A DNA stretch of 19,549 nt. Source: Elusimicrobiota bacterium. Its GTDB lineage: Bacteria; Elusimicrobiota; Elusimicrobia; F11. The position numbers and the translations under genes are program-made. The stretch spans positions 1 through 19,549 of the forward strand of contig JBJXGI010000024.1 in assembly GCA_046153645.1 (NCBI GenBank). Reading direction: 5' to 3'. This document shows, in pieces, positions 1 through 8,223 of this stretch (the first letter of the stretch is position 1; every line of letters starts with the position of its first letter). The notes below the pieces were generated by a model that was given only the letters and a program-made list of their open reading frames with translations, was not told the origin of the DNA and searched no databases.

Positions 1-462
1 CAATATTCAAGTTATGACGATGGTGTTAAATTAGGCGGAAATGTGGGGCAAGTGGGTGGCACTTACGATTATGAAAATCGCAGCTGGAATTATTCATACA
101 CAATTAACCCAAAAACGTTACAGGATAGTTATAACGAAGGTAAACAAAATCGACGCAGAAATGGCTATGGTCCTGAAGGATTTGAGAAACAATTTAAAGT
201 TATTGATTGGCTTGGAACCGTTATGGCTGGGTGGAAAGCATCAGACGCACATGATGAGGGTTATAGAACACTAGGTTCAAATAAAATTACAACTGATTTT
301 GGTTTACTAACAGATATGCTAAGAGGGTCTATCTCAAATATTTCAGAGAAAAATGGAATGTTTCGCACCTCTATTGGATTGATAATTAGCCCTCTATATT
401 ATGGCGCAGTTGCAATAGGTGGAGGACCTGCATTTAAAGCTGGGCATGAGAATGCGCGTTAA
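1..462 (+). CDS. 5'-truncated CDS: C-terminal phospholipase A2-like domain, probably the toxin tip of an upstream polymorphic (RHS-type) toxin
   Basis: Frame 1 is open from base 1 (QYSSYDDGVKLGGNVGQ...) to TAA at 460-462, so the ORF-track start at 43 is internal. Motifs NGYGP (160-174), ASDAHDEGY (His-Asp at 250-255), KITTD and YYGAVAIGG match the order and spacing of secretory PLA2 motifs (NGCGP / C..HD.CY / K..CD / YY.AV..FG). An overlapping lipoprotein gene follows. Confidence 0.7.
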   Translation, partial: QYSSYDDGVKLGGNVGQVGGTYDYENRSWNYSYTINPKTLQDSYNEGKQNRRRNGYGPEGFEKQFKVIDWLGTVMAGWKASDAHDEGYRTLGSNKITTDFGLLTDMLRGSISNISEKNGMFRTSIGLIISPLYYGAVAIGGGPAFKAGHENAR

Positions 463-958
463 AATTTTCTCACTTATTGCTTTGTTCATTGCTTGTTTTT
501 GTGGGTGTATAAGCTTTTTTCATCCTCAACTAAAAAAAGAGTTACTTGCACGTGAAGTCTCAAAAAATCAGATAGACGTCATAAAAAAAACAATATTTAA
601 CGAAGGTTATAAAAAGATAGGAACAGAAGATGGCTTGTGGCAGGGTGCTTTAGACACACAGTATATTAAGGAAATATTAACCGATAAAATAAAAACCACT
701 CTTCTTATATTAATAAGTTTCAAAGAATCGGAAAATTTCAATCACTTTCATAATTTTGGAATCAGTATCTTAAATAACAACCAGTCAAATACGCCTGAAA
801 TCAAAGCCGAAATAAATCGAATGGAAGAAATTCTCTACAATAAACTTCTCGAAATATCTGATAGAAAAAACGTCAAAAGAGGCAATAAGGAAATTTATGC
901 GACTGAGGAAGGTTCCTATTGGCCATGGGCGTGGAAAACTAATTCTCAAAAGAAATGA
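452..958 (+). CDS. Predicted lipoprotein, putative immunity protein for the upstream PLA2-like toxin
   Basis: ATG at 452 (or 446) overlaps the upstream stop. The N-terminus MRVKIFSLIALFIACFCGC has a basic n-region, a hydrophobic h-region and a lipobox-like CGC. The immunity role is inferred from position only. Confidence 0.7.
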   Translation: MRVKIFSLIALFIACFCGCISFFHPQLKKELLAREVSKNQIDVIKKTIFNEGYKKIGTEDGLWQGALDTQYIKEILTDKIKTTLLILISFKESENFNHFHNFGISILNNNQSNTPEIKAEINRMEEILYNKLLEISDRKNVKRGNKEIYATEEGSYWPWAWKTNSQKK

Positions 959-972
959 AAAACCAATCAATA

Positions 973-1011
973 CCCCCCTCCCAACCTCCCCAATGAAAAA
1001 ACTTGGGGAGG
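973..1011 (+). repeat. REP-like palindromic element (C-rich leader + GGRGAGG hairpin family); may also act as a terminator/stabiliser hairpin
   Basis: CCCCCCTCCCAA leader then a 9-bp stem CCTCCCCAA (985-993) / TTGGGGAGG (1003-1011), starting 14 nt after the lipoprotein stop. Same layout as the copy at 18780-18814. Confidence 0.6.
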
Positions 1012-1040
1012 AATTTACATCAAAAACATTTCGGTTCTTA

Positions 1041-1144
1041 CAATTAATTGACACAAGATTGATTTGATTTATCACTTCGTTTCGTAAAGTTTTGTTAATG
1101 AAACGAAGTAAATTAAAAATTATCCCCTCTCAAAGGGGATCTCA
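1041..1144 (+). promoter_or_regulatory. Structured promoter/5'-leader region of the RHS gene
   Basis: Perfect palindrome CAATTAATTG (1041-1050) overlaps TTGACA (1048-1053), but no good -10 box is visible. A 10-bp inverted repeat ACTTCGTTTC/GAAACGAAGT lies at 1074-1083/1100-1109. A 7-bp stem ATCCCCT/AGGGGAT (1122-1128/1134-1140) has the probable RBS in its 3' arm. Confidence 0.45.
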
Positions 1145-4100
1145 ATGAAAACCAGTCGCGCTGTTGTGTATGTTTTATTTTTACTTTCCATTTCTCTCCA
1201 AAATATTTTCTCTGAAGCGCCCTCCAGTTCTAATGTTGCTTCTCAACCCAATGCCAGCGGCGTTAATCCGGGCGGAATTGCTCCCGCCGGATCTGCCGAT
1301 AACTTCCTATTTACAGGGTCTTTTCTCTATTCAGTTCCATTAAGCGTTCCCCCTGGAATCAATGGAATGGAGCCCCAACTTGTTCTGAACTATAACTCAA
1401 GTCAAGGAAATGGATGGGTCGGAACCGGTTGGGAACTCTCTTTGGGAAGTATTCAACGTTCCACAAAAAATGGTGTCCCCAGTTATACAGGAGCCGATAC
1501 TTTTATTCTTTCCATGCAAGGTCAAACAGCTGAACTAACTCAAATACCGGACGGAACTTATCGCTCAAAAAATGAAGGAGCCTTTGCCAAATTCGTGAAA
1601 CAAGGAAATGAATGGGTTATGACAGATAAAATGGGCACGCGATATTTTTTTGGCAGTAGCGTTAATAGTCAAATCACTTTCCCCAACGCAGGAATTTATC
1701 TTTGGGCGCTAAACAAAGTCATCGATCGAAATGGAAATTACATGCTCATTACTTATAACAAACCCCAAGGTGAAGCGCAGATATACCCTGAATCAATACT
1801 TTATACCGGCAATGAAAATACCGGGCGTGAGCCGGTCAATCAAATTTCTTTTGTCACCACGCCTGGGACAGTGCGTGAACTTTCTTATTCCCCAAAATTT
1901 GCCCATCAAATTTCATCACGTTTAAGTTATATTCAAAGCCATGTTAATGGCGTAAAAAGTTGGAAATATGAATTTAGTTACATAACAAGTCAACAAACAA
2001 GCCGCAATTTACTCAAAGAAGTACAAAAGGTGGGCTTAGATGGAGTCACTAAAGTTTCTCTTTTTTCTGCCACTCATAACTTAGAAAATATTCCGTTTAA
2101 CTTACAAAACTATAGATTTGTTGATAATTTAGATGGAGAAGCCGAAACGGTACAAATAATTCCCGCAGATTTTAATGGTGATGGAAAACAAGATTACATT
2201 CAAATAGCCAAAGATAATTCACGACCTCAAAACAACCAAGCCAAAACCCGCTTTTTTTTCTCTAAAGGAAATGGGACATTTGAACAATTTGGTCCCAATC
2301 CCGATCTCGCTTTGACTCTTGTACAAAACCAAATCACTTTGGGAGATTTTAATGGCGACGGAAAAACCGACCTTTTGCGTTTTGATTATAGAGGAAGCCA
2401 AAACGATTTATTAAATCCGATTACTATTTTTACTTCTAATGCAAATGGCAGTTTTACTCAAAGAAATTTTTCACTTTCGTCTCCTTTATATCAACAAAAT
2501 TTAAGTCGTGTTTTGGTTGCTGATTTTAATGGTGATGCTGTCTCAGATATTTTTATTTATAACGCTCAAAGTAGTATGGGACAGGTTTTTCTCATGAAAG
2601 CCAATTTAGAAACCATTGATATGGGAGCCAGATCATTCCCCTATCTTCAAGTTTCCGTTATTGGTGATTTTAATGGAGATGGGAAACAAGATATCGGTTG
2701 TTATAAAACAGGGCAAGGTGGGTCAAAATTATTTTTCTCAAATGGAGATGGGACGTTTCAAGATGCGGGGCAACTTCCTGGCAACTCATGGGGGTTTCAT
2801 GATATGAGAATGTCAGCCATTGATTTAAATAAAGACAATATTTCTGACATCGTTTTATGGGATAACGGTCATGATCATAATGGATCTCCGTCATCCAATA
2901 GTCCTAAAGTTGTGGTTTATTTATCTAAAGGAGACGGGTTTTTCTATAAAACCTCTTATATAACAACCGGTGGCGTTAAATCTCCTGAATACACGTCATT
3001 TATGGAAAGTGGTGATTTTAATGGGGATGGGTTAAATGATCTTATTTTGGCTACACCCAGCAATAACCCCAGTAGCGCCTATGCCAAAATATTTCTAAAT
3101 AAAGGTGAAGGTGTGTTGGAATATTGGGCTGATGCCCCGTGGAACGATTTTAGAACAGAGCAGAATTCAATTGTGGTTGGTGATTTTAACGGAGATACTC
3201 AAGCCGATTTAATGACTTACCGGTGGCGCAATGCTTCTTATGGAGGCCGCCTGTATTTTTCCAACGAAGACTTCCCTGATCTTATTTCTCAAATAAATAA
3301 TGCTATTGGGGGTGGCGTTAAAACAAAATATATTTCGAGTAGTAAATTTTTAAATACCTTCCTCCCTTTTTCGATTCCGGTGGTGAGCGAAATAGCGCAA
3401 TTTGATGGAAGAAGTAACAACCCAAGTGATTGGATAAAAAATTCTTTTTCCTACGAAGGTGGTTTTTTTGATACCACCTTTCGAGAATTTTTAGGGTTTA
3501 AGAAGGTGTATTCAACAGATCAAAAAGGAACCAAAACAGTTTCAACATTCTTACAAAATTTAAATCACCTGGATCGATTGGTTGAAGCCAATGCCATGAA
3601 GGGTCGACTATATAAAAAAGAAATTTACGATTCCTTTGGCCAATTACTGCGCATCAGTGAAACTGTCTGGGAAATGATTAAACCATTTACCAATGTGTAC
3701 TTTGTTAGGACGGGGTATACGCGCAGCAGGAATGTTGAAGTTAATCCCCCCATTGTTGCGCAAGTTGATTTTGCTTATGATGATGTGCCTTACGGTCCAG
3801 GGTTTGGAAACCTTATACAAACCTACAATTCCGGAGATATTTCAATAACAGGAGATGAAATAAAAGAAAATATTGAATATGGCCAAAACCCAACAAAGTA
3901 TATTGTGGGTCTTCCCATTAAAAAAATAATTCGTGGGCCCAGACAAGAAATCTTAGGTGAAACACAATATTTCTATGATGGATCTCAAACATTGGGAACC
4001 ATTACCAAAGGGAACCTGACGCAAGTTAAAAAATACTTAGAAACTCCTTCCTCGCAAAAATGGATTACCTCCAAAACAGAGTTTAACTCAGAAGGATTTG

Positions 4101-7100
4101 TGACGGCGGTGATTGATCCCAAAGGAAATAGAACAGAAACGGAATATGACGCCAAAGGTTTCCCAGTTCTTATTCGAAATCCACATGGGTTTACTGTTAA
4201 AAGCCAATACGACCCGCTCACAGGGCAAGTGTTATCTGACACTGATTTAAACAATCAAACTTCAATTTATAAATATGATTCGATGGGACGACTTGTTAAA
4301 GCAATCGGTCCGTTGGATTCAGAGGCGTTCCCCACCGCTGAATATGATTATCGCCAAGATCTTTGGGGTAACACCGCGCAACAACATATTTTTCTTAAAA
4401 AAAGAGAACGTCACGGAACTTCAGATTCACTTTGGTCTAAAGAGTATTTTGATGGTTTGGGACGCACTTACAAAACAGAAATAGAAGGAAAAGAAGATTC
4501 CATTATCAGTGAAACTCGCTTTAATAATAGAGGGCTTGTTGATTCTCAAAGCATACCACGCTATTCGGCTGACACACATTTACGATGGACCAACAATATC
4601 TATGACGCCTTAGGGCGACTAAAGCAAACCATTTATCCTGATGGGACAAGTGAACAAATCACCTATTTGGGGTATGAAACGCGTTTTAGAGATGCAGACG
4701 GTGTCACACAAACAGCTATCAGTGATTCTGCTGGTAGAACCATTAAGCGATACGAACCAGGCGTTTCAGCCCCCACTCAATTCACTTATGATCCGCTCGG
4801 ACGTTTAACCTTGTTACAAGATTCTCAAGGAAAATTAACTTATTTCACCTATGATTCTCTGGGAAATAAATTATCAATGAAAGACCCCAATTCAGGAACA
4901 TGGGTTTATACTTACGACGATAACAGAAACATGACCTCGCAACTTGATCCAAGAGGCATCAAAATTGGAATGACTTACGATGGGATGAATCGCCTTTTAG
5001 AAAAATCTATTCAATCTAACCCACAGAATATAAACAACCAACCCGTTGGAACAAAATTAGCTGTTTATAACTATGATCATGTTGAACCGGCACGGCCTTA
5101 TTCGAAGGGAAGACTCACCACGGTTCGAGATCCAAATGGCGTGGTTCATTTTTATCATGACTCTTTAGGCCGACTGACCCGTCAAACCAAAGAACTGGGA
5201 ACCGTTACCTATGAAATTAAAAATAATTATGACGCATTAGACCGAGTGAAAGAAATTATTTATCCCAATGATTATTCTGTTAAGTATGAGTATGACAATG
5301 GTGGCAACCTGACTCGGGTTACCAATCAAGACGCTTCGACTGTGTTTGTTTCTTACCCCAATTATTCTGCGGTTGGAAAAGTATTAAACCAAGAACAAAC
5401 CAACGGAAAAATAAAAACCTCTTATTCTTATGAATCTTTCAAACAAAGACTCAAAGAACTGAAAACCGAAAGCTGGGCGACAGGAACACCCCAAAGAATT
5501 AAACACCATCACTACAATTACTATAACGGTGGAAATATTTATCAAATAACCGATCAAATAAATTCGGCCAACTATCAAGCTTTCCTTTATGATCCACTCC
5601 AACGTTTAAAAGAAGCCACTGGATCTTATGGAATTCAAACATTTAGTTATGATTCTCTTGGCAACTTTTTAACTAAAGGAAACAGTAAATATATTTACTC
5701 AGATCCTCGTCATCCTTATGCTGTCACTAAAATCCAAAAACAAATAATTTCTGACAAAGACAACTCAACCTTATTGGCCATGAATTTATCTTCCAGCGAA
5801 AATATTTATAAATTAACAGGTCAAATAAAAGGATCCGCAGTCTCTCTTTCTCAACCTGTGACCATGGTTTTGAAAGGAGAAATTGAACAAGCAGTCACAT
5901 TATCATCAACCACAACGTCTTTTGAATTTAGAGGGGTTGCTGGCGGCCAAAGCATCTCCGTTTCCCCTTTGATGAATAACCGCTCAGCAACTCCCTCAAA
6001 TTATTCTTTCCCTTCTTTTTCAAAAAATGAACCACTGCTTGATTTTAATCTCACCACTTCAAGTGCCATTAACGCTAACACGGCCAAGTCATTTTCTCAT
6101 GGTCAAACAGGTCCTGTTTTTGTTCAAGGGCGTTATGATGAAGCGCTTTCGTTTAATGGTGTGTCAGATATTTTTGCCATTCCCAACACGTCCAACATAA
6201 ACCCTGCGCAATTAACCATAATGGTTCAAATAAAACCCACCAGTTACCCCACACAACAATATGCAACACTCATTTCTAAAAGTAGCAGCAGTTATATAGG
6301 AAATTTAACCAATGGCTATCGCTTGTTTTTATCTCGACAAGGAAAAATATCTTTTGAAATAGGAAAACAGGCAGGAACATCAATTATCGCCTCTTCAACA
6401 AAAGTTATTCCACTACATAAATGGTCTTTTGTTGCAGTTACTTTTGATGGAACAAAACTTCGCATCTATATTGATGGCGTGTATGATTCCGTAGCCAATT
6501 ACACACTCCCATTGATCACCAATACGTTTCCAGTGACGCTGGGTGCCAGTTTAAACGATAAAAAACAAATTGCCGCACAAACATTTTTCCAGGGTGTATT
6601 AGACGAACCCCGCATTCACAGTCGCGCCTGGAGTTTGGCCGAAATTCAAAAAATTCAAAGTGAACTTATTGATACCTACGACTTCTCTTATGATGAAGCA
6701 GGAAACATGGTTTCAAAAGTTTCAAATGAAGCCTCGTGGAATTATCAATTTGATGTGGAAGGTCGGCTTGCCAAGGTTTCTAATAATGGAACTCAAATGG
6801 CTTTGTTTTTATATGACGGTGACGGCGGTCGTGTTCAGAAAACCACAGCGCAAGGCACCACGAAATATATTGGAAAGTTGTTTGAAATCAGACCAGATGG
6901 CAGTTACGTCAATCACATCTTTGGCGCGGGGCAATTGGTGGCCAGTCGTATCCAACCCATTTCAGGGGTTTCGAGTATTCAATATTTTCAAACCGATCAT
7001 CTGGGCAGTATAAGCTCTGTCACCAATGAAAACGGAACAGTGATTCACGAACTTGCGTATGCCCCCTTCGGAGAAAAAATTAAAAACATAGGTACATCTT

Positions 7101-8209
7101 CCCTTAAACATACCTACACTTCCCAAGAAGAAGATCCTGAAATTGACTTGCAATACTATAATGCTCGCTATTACGACCCAGCGTTGGGACGATTTATTAG
7201 TCCAGATGCAATAGTCCCCGATGTTTTTAACCCGCAAACATTAAACCGTTACTCTTATGTCACCAACAACCCGGTGATATTAACGGACCCTGATGGGGAG
7301 TGGGTTTATGCGGCTATCATCATCGGAGCTATTTTAGGTGGTATTCAAGGCGGAATTCAATCAGAGAAGAATGGAAAACCTTGGTATCAAGGTGCGGCAC
7401 AGGGAGCGGTTATAGGCGCAGTTATAGGTGGCTTATCAGCTGGGTATGGTACTGGGATTTCTGAGGCTGTTGGAGGTGGGGTCCCCGGTCTTATTATAGG
7501 GAATTCTGTAGCAGGTGCCTTTTCAGGAGCCGCCTATTCAGGGGCCTACGGTGGAGATATGTGGACTGGTTTTTATTCAGGATTTGTGGGTTCATTTACA
7601 GCAAGCCTCTTAAATCTTCGACCTGGAATTCCCATCATTTCAAATTCAATCGGTGGCGGAGTTGCAGCGGAAGCAGCAGGTGGAAAATTTTCTGAAGGAC
7701 TCAAACAATCAGCCGTGCAAGTTGTTGCGACGTCTATGTTAAATACAATGATCGAAAATGATCCGACCTTCACCAAAGAATCCGCAAAAAATATACCTAA
7801 CAATTCTGCTGTATATCTAGAAAGTACAGGATTACTCCGATTATTATTTTATGCGGCAGGAGATGACTTCAGCCATGTTATTATAAAAGACAAAAATGGA
7901 GCTTGGCATGATACTCATTTGAAAGGTAAATCAGGTGTCGTTGCAATAGATGACACATCTAAAAATGACGGGAGTTATTTTCAAAAAACACTTAACGGCC
8001 GAAGATATAACACCATATCAGCTAAGTTTGATACAAATAAAATAAATCAATATGCTGAAATTAAATACTTGCATCATGGATTACAAGTGTGCACAGTCTA
8101 CGCAAGTCGAGCTAGCAACGGGCAATTATTGGGATTATCGCCTGGCACACAAATGTATAACAATATAGGTTACCGTCCTTCATACCAGGTTTTTTATAAA
8201 CCAAAATAA
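1145..8209 (+). CDS. Giant secreted RHS/YD-repeat polymorphic toxin: signal peptide + SpvB/TcB-like N-terminus + FG-GAP propeller + TcB-mid-like region + RHS core (Ig-like/LamG insert) + Gly-rich linker + papain-like C-terminal domain
   Basis: Sec-like N-terminus MKTSRAVVYVLFLLSISLQNIFS. SpvB-like motif TGSFLYSVPLSVPPGINGMEPQLVLNYNS...GWVGTGW. Seven DxNxD repeats. FREFLGFKKV (TcB-mid-like). Many YDxxGR repeats. RHS-associated core DHLGS...YAPFG...LQYYNARYYDPALGRFISPD...NRYSYVTNNPVILTDPDG. Confidence 0.92.
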   Translation: MKTSRAVVYVLFLLSISLQNIFSEAPSSSNVASQPNASGVNPGGIAPAGSADNFLFTGSFLYSVPLSVPPGINGMEPQLVLNYNSSQGNGWVGTGWELSLGSIQRSTKNGVPSYTGADTFILSMQGQTAELTQIPDGTYRSKNEGAFAKFVKQGNEWVMTDKMGTRYFFGSSVNSQITFPNAGIYLWALNKVIDRNGNYMLITYNKPQGEAQIYPESILYTGNENTGREPVNQISFVTTPGTVRELSYSPKFAHQISSRLSYIQSHVNGVKSWKYEFSYITSQQTSRNLLKEVQKVGLDGVTKVSLFSATHNLENIPFNLQNYRFVDNLDGEAETVQIIPADFNGDGKQDYIQIAKDNSRPQNNQAKTRFFFSKGNGTFEQFGPNPDLALTLVQNQITLGDFNGDGKTDLLRFDYRGSQNDLLNPITIFTSNANGSFTQRNFSLSSPLYQQNLSRVLVADFNGDAVSDIFIYNAQSSMGQVFLMKANLETIDMGARSFPYLQVSVIGDFNGDGKQDIGCYKTGQGGSKLFFSNGDGTFQDAGQLPGNSWGFHDMRMSAIDLNKDNISDIVLWDNGHDHNGSPSSNSPKVVVYLSKGDGFFYKTSYITTGGVKSPEYTSFMESGDFNGDGLNDLILATPSNNPSSAYAKIFLNKGEGVLEYWADAPWNDFRTEQNSIVVGDFNGDTQADLMTYRWRNASYGGRLYFSNEDFPDLISQINNAIGGGVKTKYISSSKFLNTFLPFSIPVVSEIAQFDGRSNNPSDWIKNSFSYEGGFFDTTFREFLGFKKVYSTDQKGTKTVSTFLQNLNHLDRLVEANAMKGRLYKKEIYDSFGQLLRISETVWEMIKPFTNVYFVRTGYTRSRNVEVNPPIVAQVDFAYDDVPYGPGFGNLIQTYNSGDISITGDEIKENIEYGQNPTKYIVGLPIKKIIRGPRQEILGETQYFYDGSQTLGTITKGNLTQVKKYLETPSSQKWITSKTEFNSEGFVTAVIDPKGNRTETEYDAKGFPVLIRNPHGFTVKSQYDPLTGQVLSDTDLNNQTSIYKYDSMGRLVKAIGPLDSEAFPTAEYDYRQDLWGNTAQQHIFLKKRERHGTSDSLWSKEYFDGLGRTYKTEIEGKEDSIISETRFNNRGLVDSQSIPRYSADTHLRWTNNIYDALGRLKQTIYPDGTSEQITYLGYETRFRDADGVTQTAISDSAGRTIKRYEPGVSAPTQFTYDPLGRLTLLQDSQGKLTYFTYDSLGNKLSMKDPNSGTWVYTYDDNRNMTSQLDPRGIKIGMTYDGMNRLLEKSIQSNPQNINNQPVGTKLAVYNYDHVEPARPYSKGRLTTVRDPNGVVHFYHDSLGRLTRQTKELGTVTYEIKNNYDALDRVKEIIYPNDYSVKYEYDNGGNLTRVTNQDASTVFVSYPNYSAVGKVLNQEQTNGKIKTSYSYESFKQRLKELKTESWATGTPQRIKHHHYNYYNGGNIYQITDQINSANYQAFLYDPLQRLKEATGSYGIQTFSYDSLGNFLTKGNSKYIYSDPRHPYAVTKIQKQIISDKDNSTLLAMNLSSSENIYKLTGQIKGSAVSLSQPVTMVLKGEIEQAVTLSSTTTSFEFRGVAGGQSISVSPLMNNRSATPSNYSFPSFSKNEPLLDFNLTTSSAINANTAKSFSHGQTGPVFVQGRYDEALSFNGVSDIFAIPNTSNINPAQLTIMVQIKPTSYPTQQYATLISKSSSSYIGNLTNGYRLFLSRQGKISFEIGKQAGTSIIASSTKVIPLHKWSFVAVTFDGTKLRIYIDGVYDSVANYTLPLITNTFPVTLGASLNDKKQIAAQTFFQGVLDEPRIHSRAWSLAEIQKIQSELIDTYDFSYDEAGNMVSKVSNEASWNYQFDVEGRLAKVSNNGTQMALFLYDGDGGRVQKTTAQGTTKYIGKLFEIRPDGSYVNHIFGAGQLVASRIQPISGVSSIQYFQTDHLGSISSVTNENGTVIHELAYAPFGEKIKNIGTSSLKHTYTSQEEDPEIDLQYYNARYYDPALGRFISPDAIVPDVFNPQTLNRYSYVTNNPVILTDPDGEWVYAAIIIGAILGGIQGGIQSEKNGKPWYQGAAQGAVIGAVIGGLSAGYGTGISEAVGGGVPGLIIGNSVAGAFSGAAYSGAYGGDMWTGFYSGFVGSFTASLLNLRPGIPIISNSIGGGVAAEAAGGKFSEGLKQSAVQVVATSMLNTMIENDPTFTKESAKNIPNNSAVYLESTGLLRLLFYAAGDDFSHVIIKDKNGAWHDTHLKGKSGVVAIDDTSKNDGSYFQKTLNGRRYNTISAKFDTNKINQYAEIKYLHHGLQVCTVYASRASNGQLLGLSPGTQMYNNIGYRPSYQVFYKPK
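2165..3212 (+). repeat. Seven FG-GAP/VCBS-type repeats (probable 7-bladed Ca-binding beta-propeller) within the RHS protein
   Basis: ADFNGDGKQD, GDFNGDGKTD, ADFNGDAVSD, GDFNGDGKQD, IDLNKDNISD, GDFNGDGLND and GDFNGDTQAD, most followed by a xxGxGxF-type turn (SKGNGTF, SNANGSF, SNGDGTF, SKGDGFF). Confidence 0.85.
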
Positions 8210-8223
8210 AAACAGAGGTCAAT

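Noticed and set aside
41..274. 77-aa alternative-frame ORF
   Set aside because: It overlaps the frame-1 PLA2-like CDS, which carries recognisable motifs; this frame has none.
419..451. ORF-track N-terminal extension of the first lipoprotein
   Set aside because: It lies inside the upstream CDS; the signal peptide begins at ATG 446/452.
785..1075. 96-aa minus-strand ORF
   Set aside because: It is antisense to the lipoprotein and runs through the intergenic hairpin, with no motifs.
2165..3212. Recurring GATTTTAATGG nucleotide repeats as a possible CRISPR or DNA repeat array
   Set aside because: They are short, irregularly spaced, in frame, and explained by the DFNG protein repeats.
1731..7803. 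Short ORFs nested in or antisense to the RHS gene
   Set aside because: These are shadow ORFs of a long uninterrupted CDS, with no recognisable motifs.
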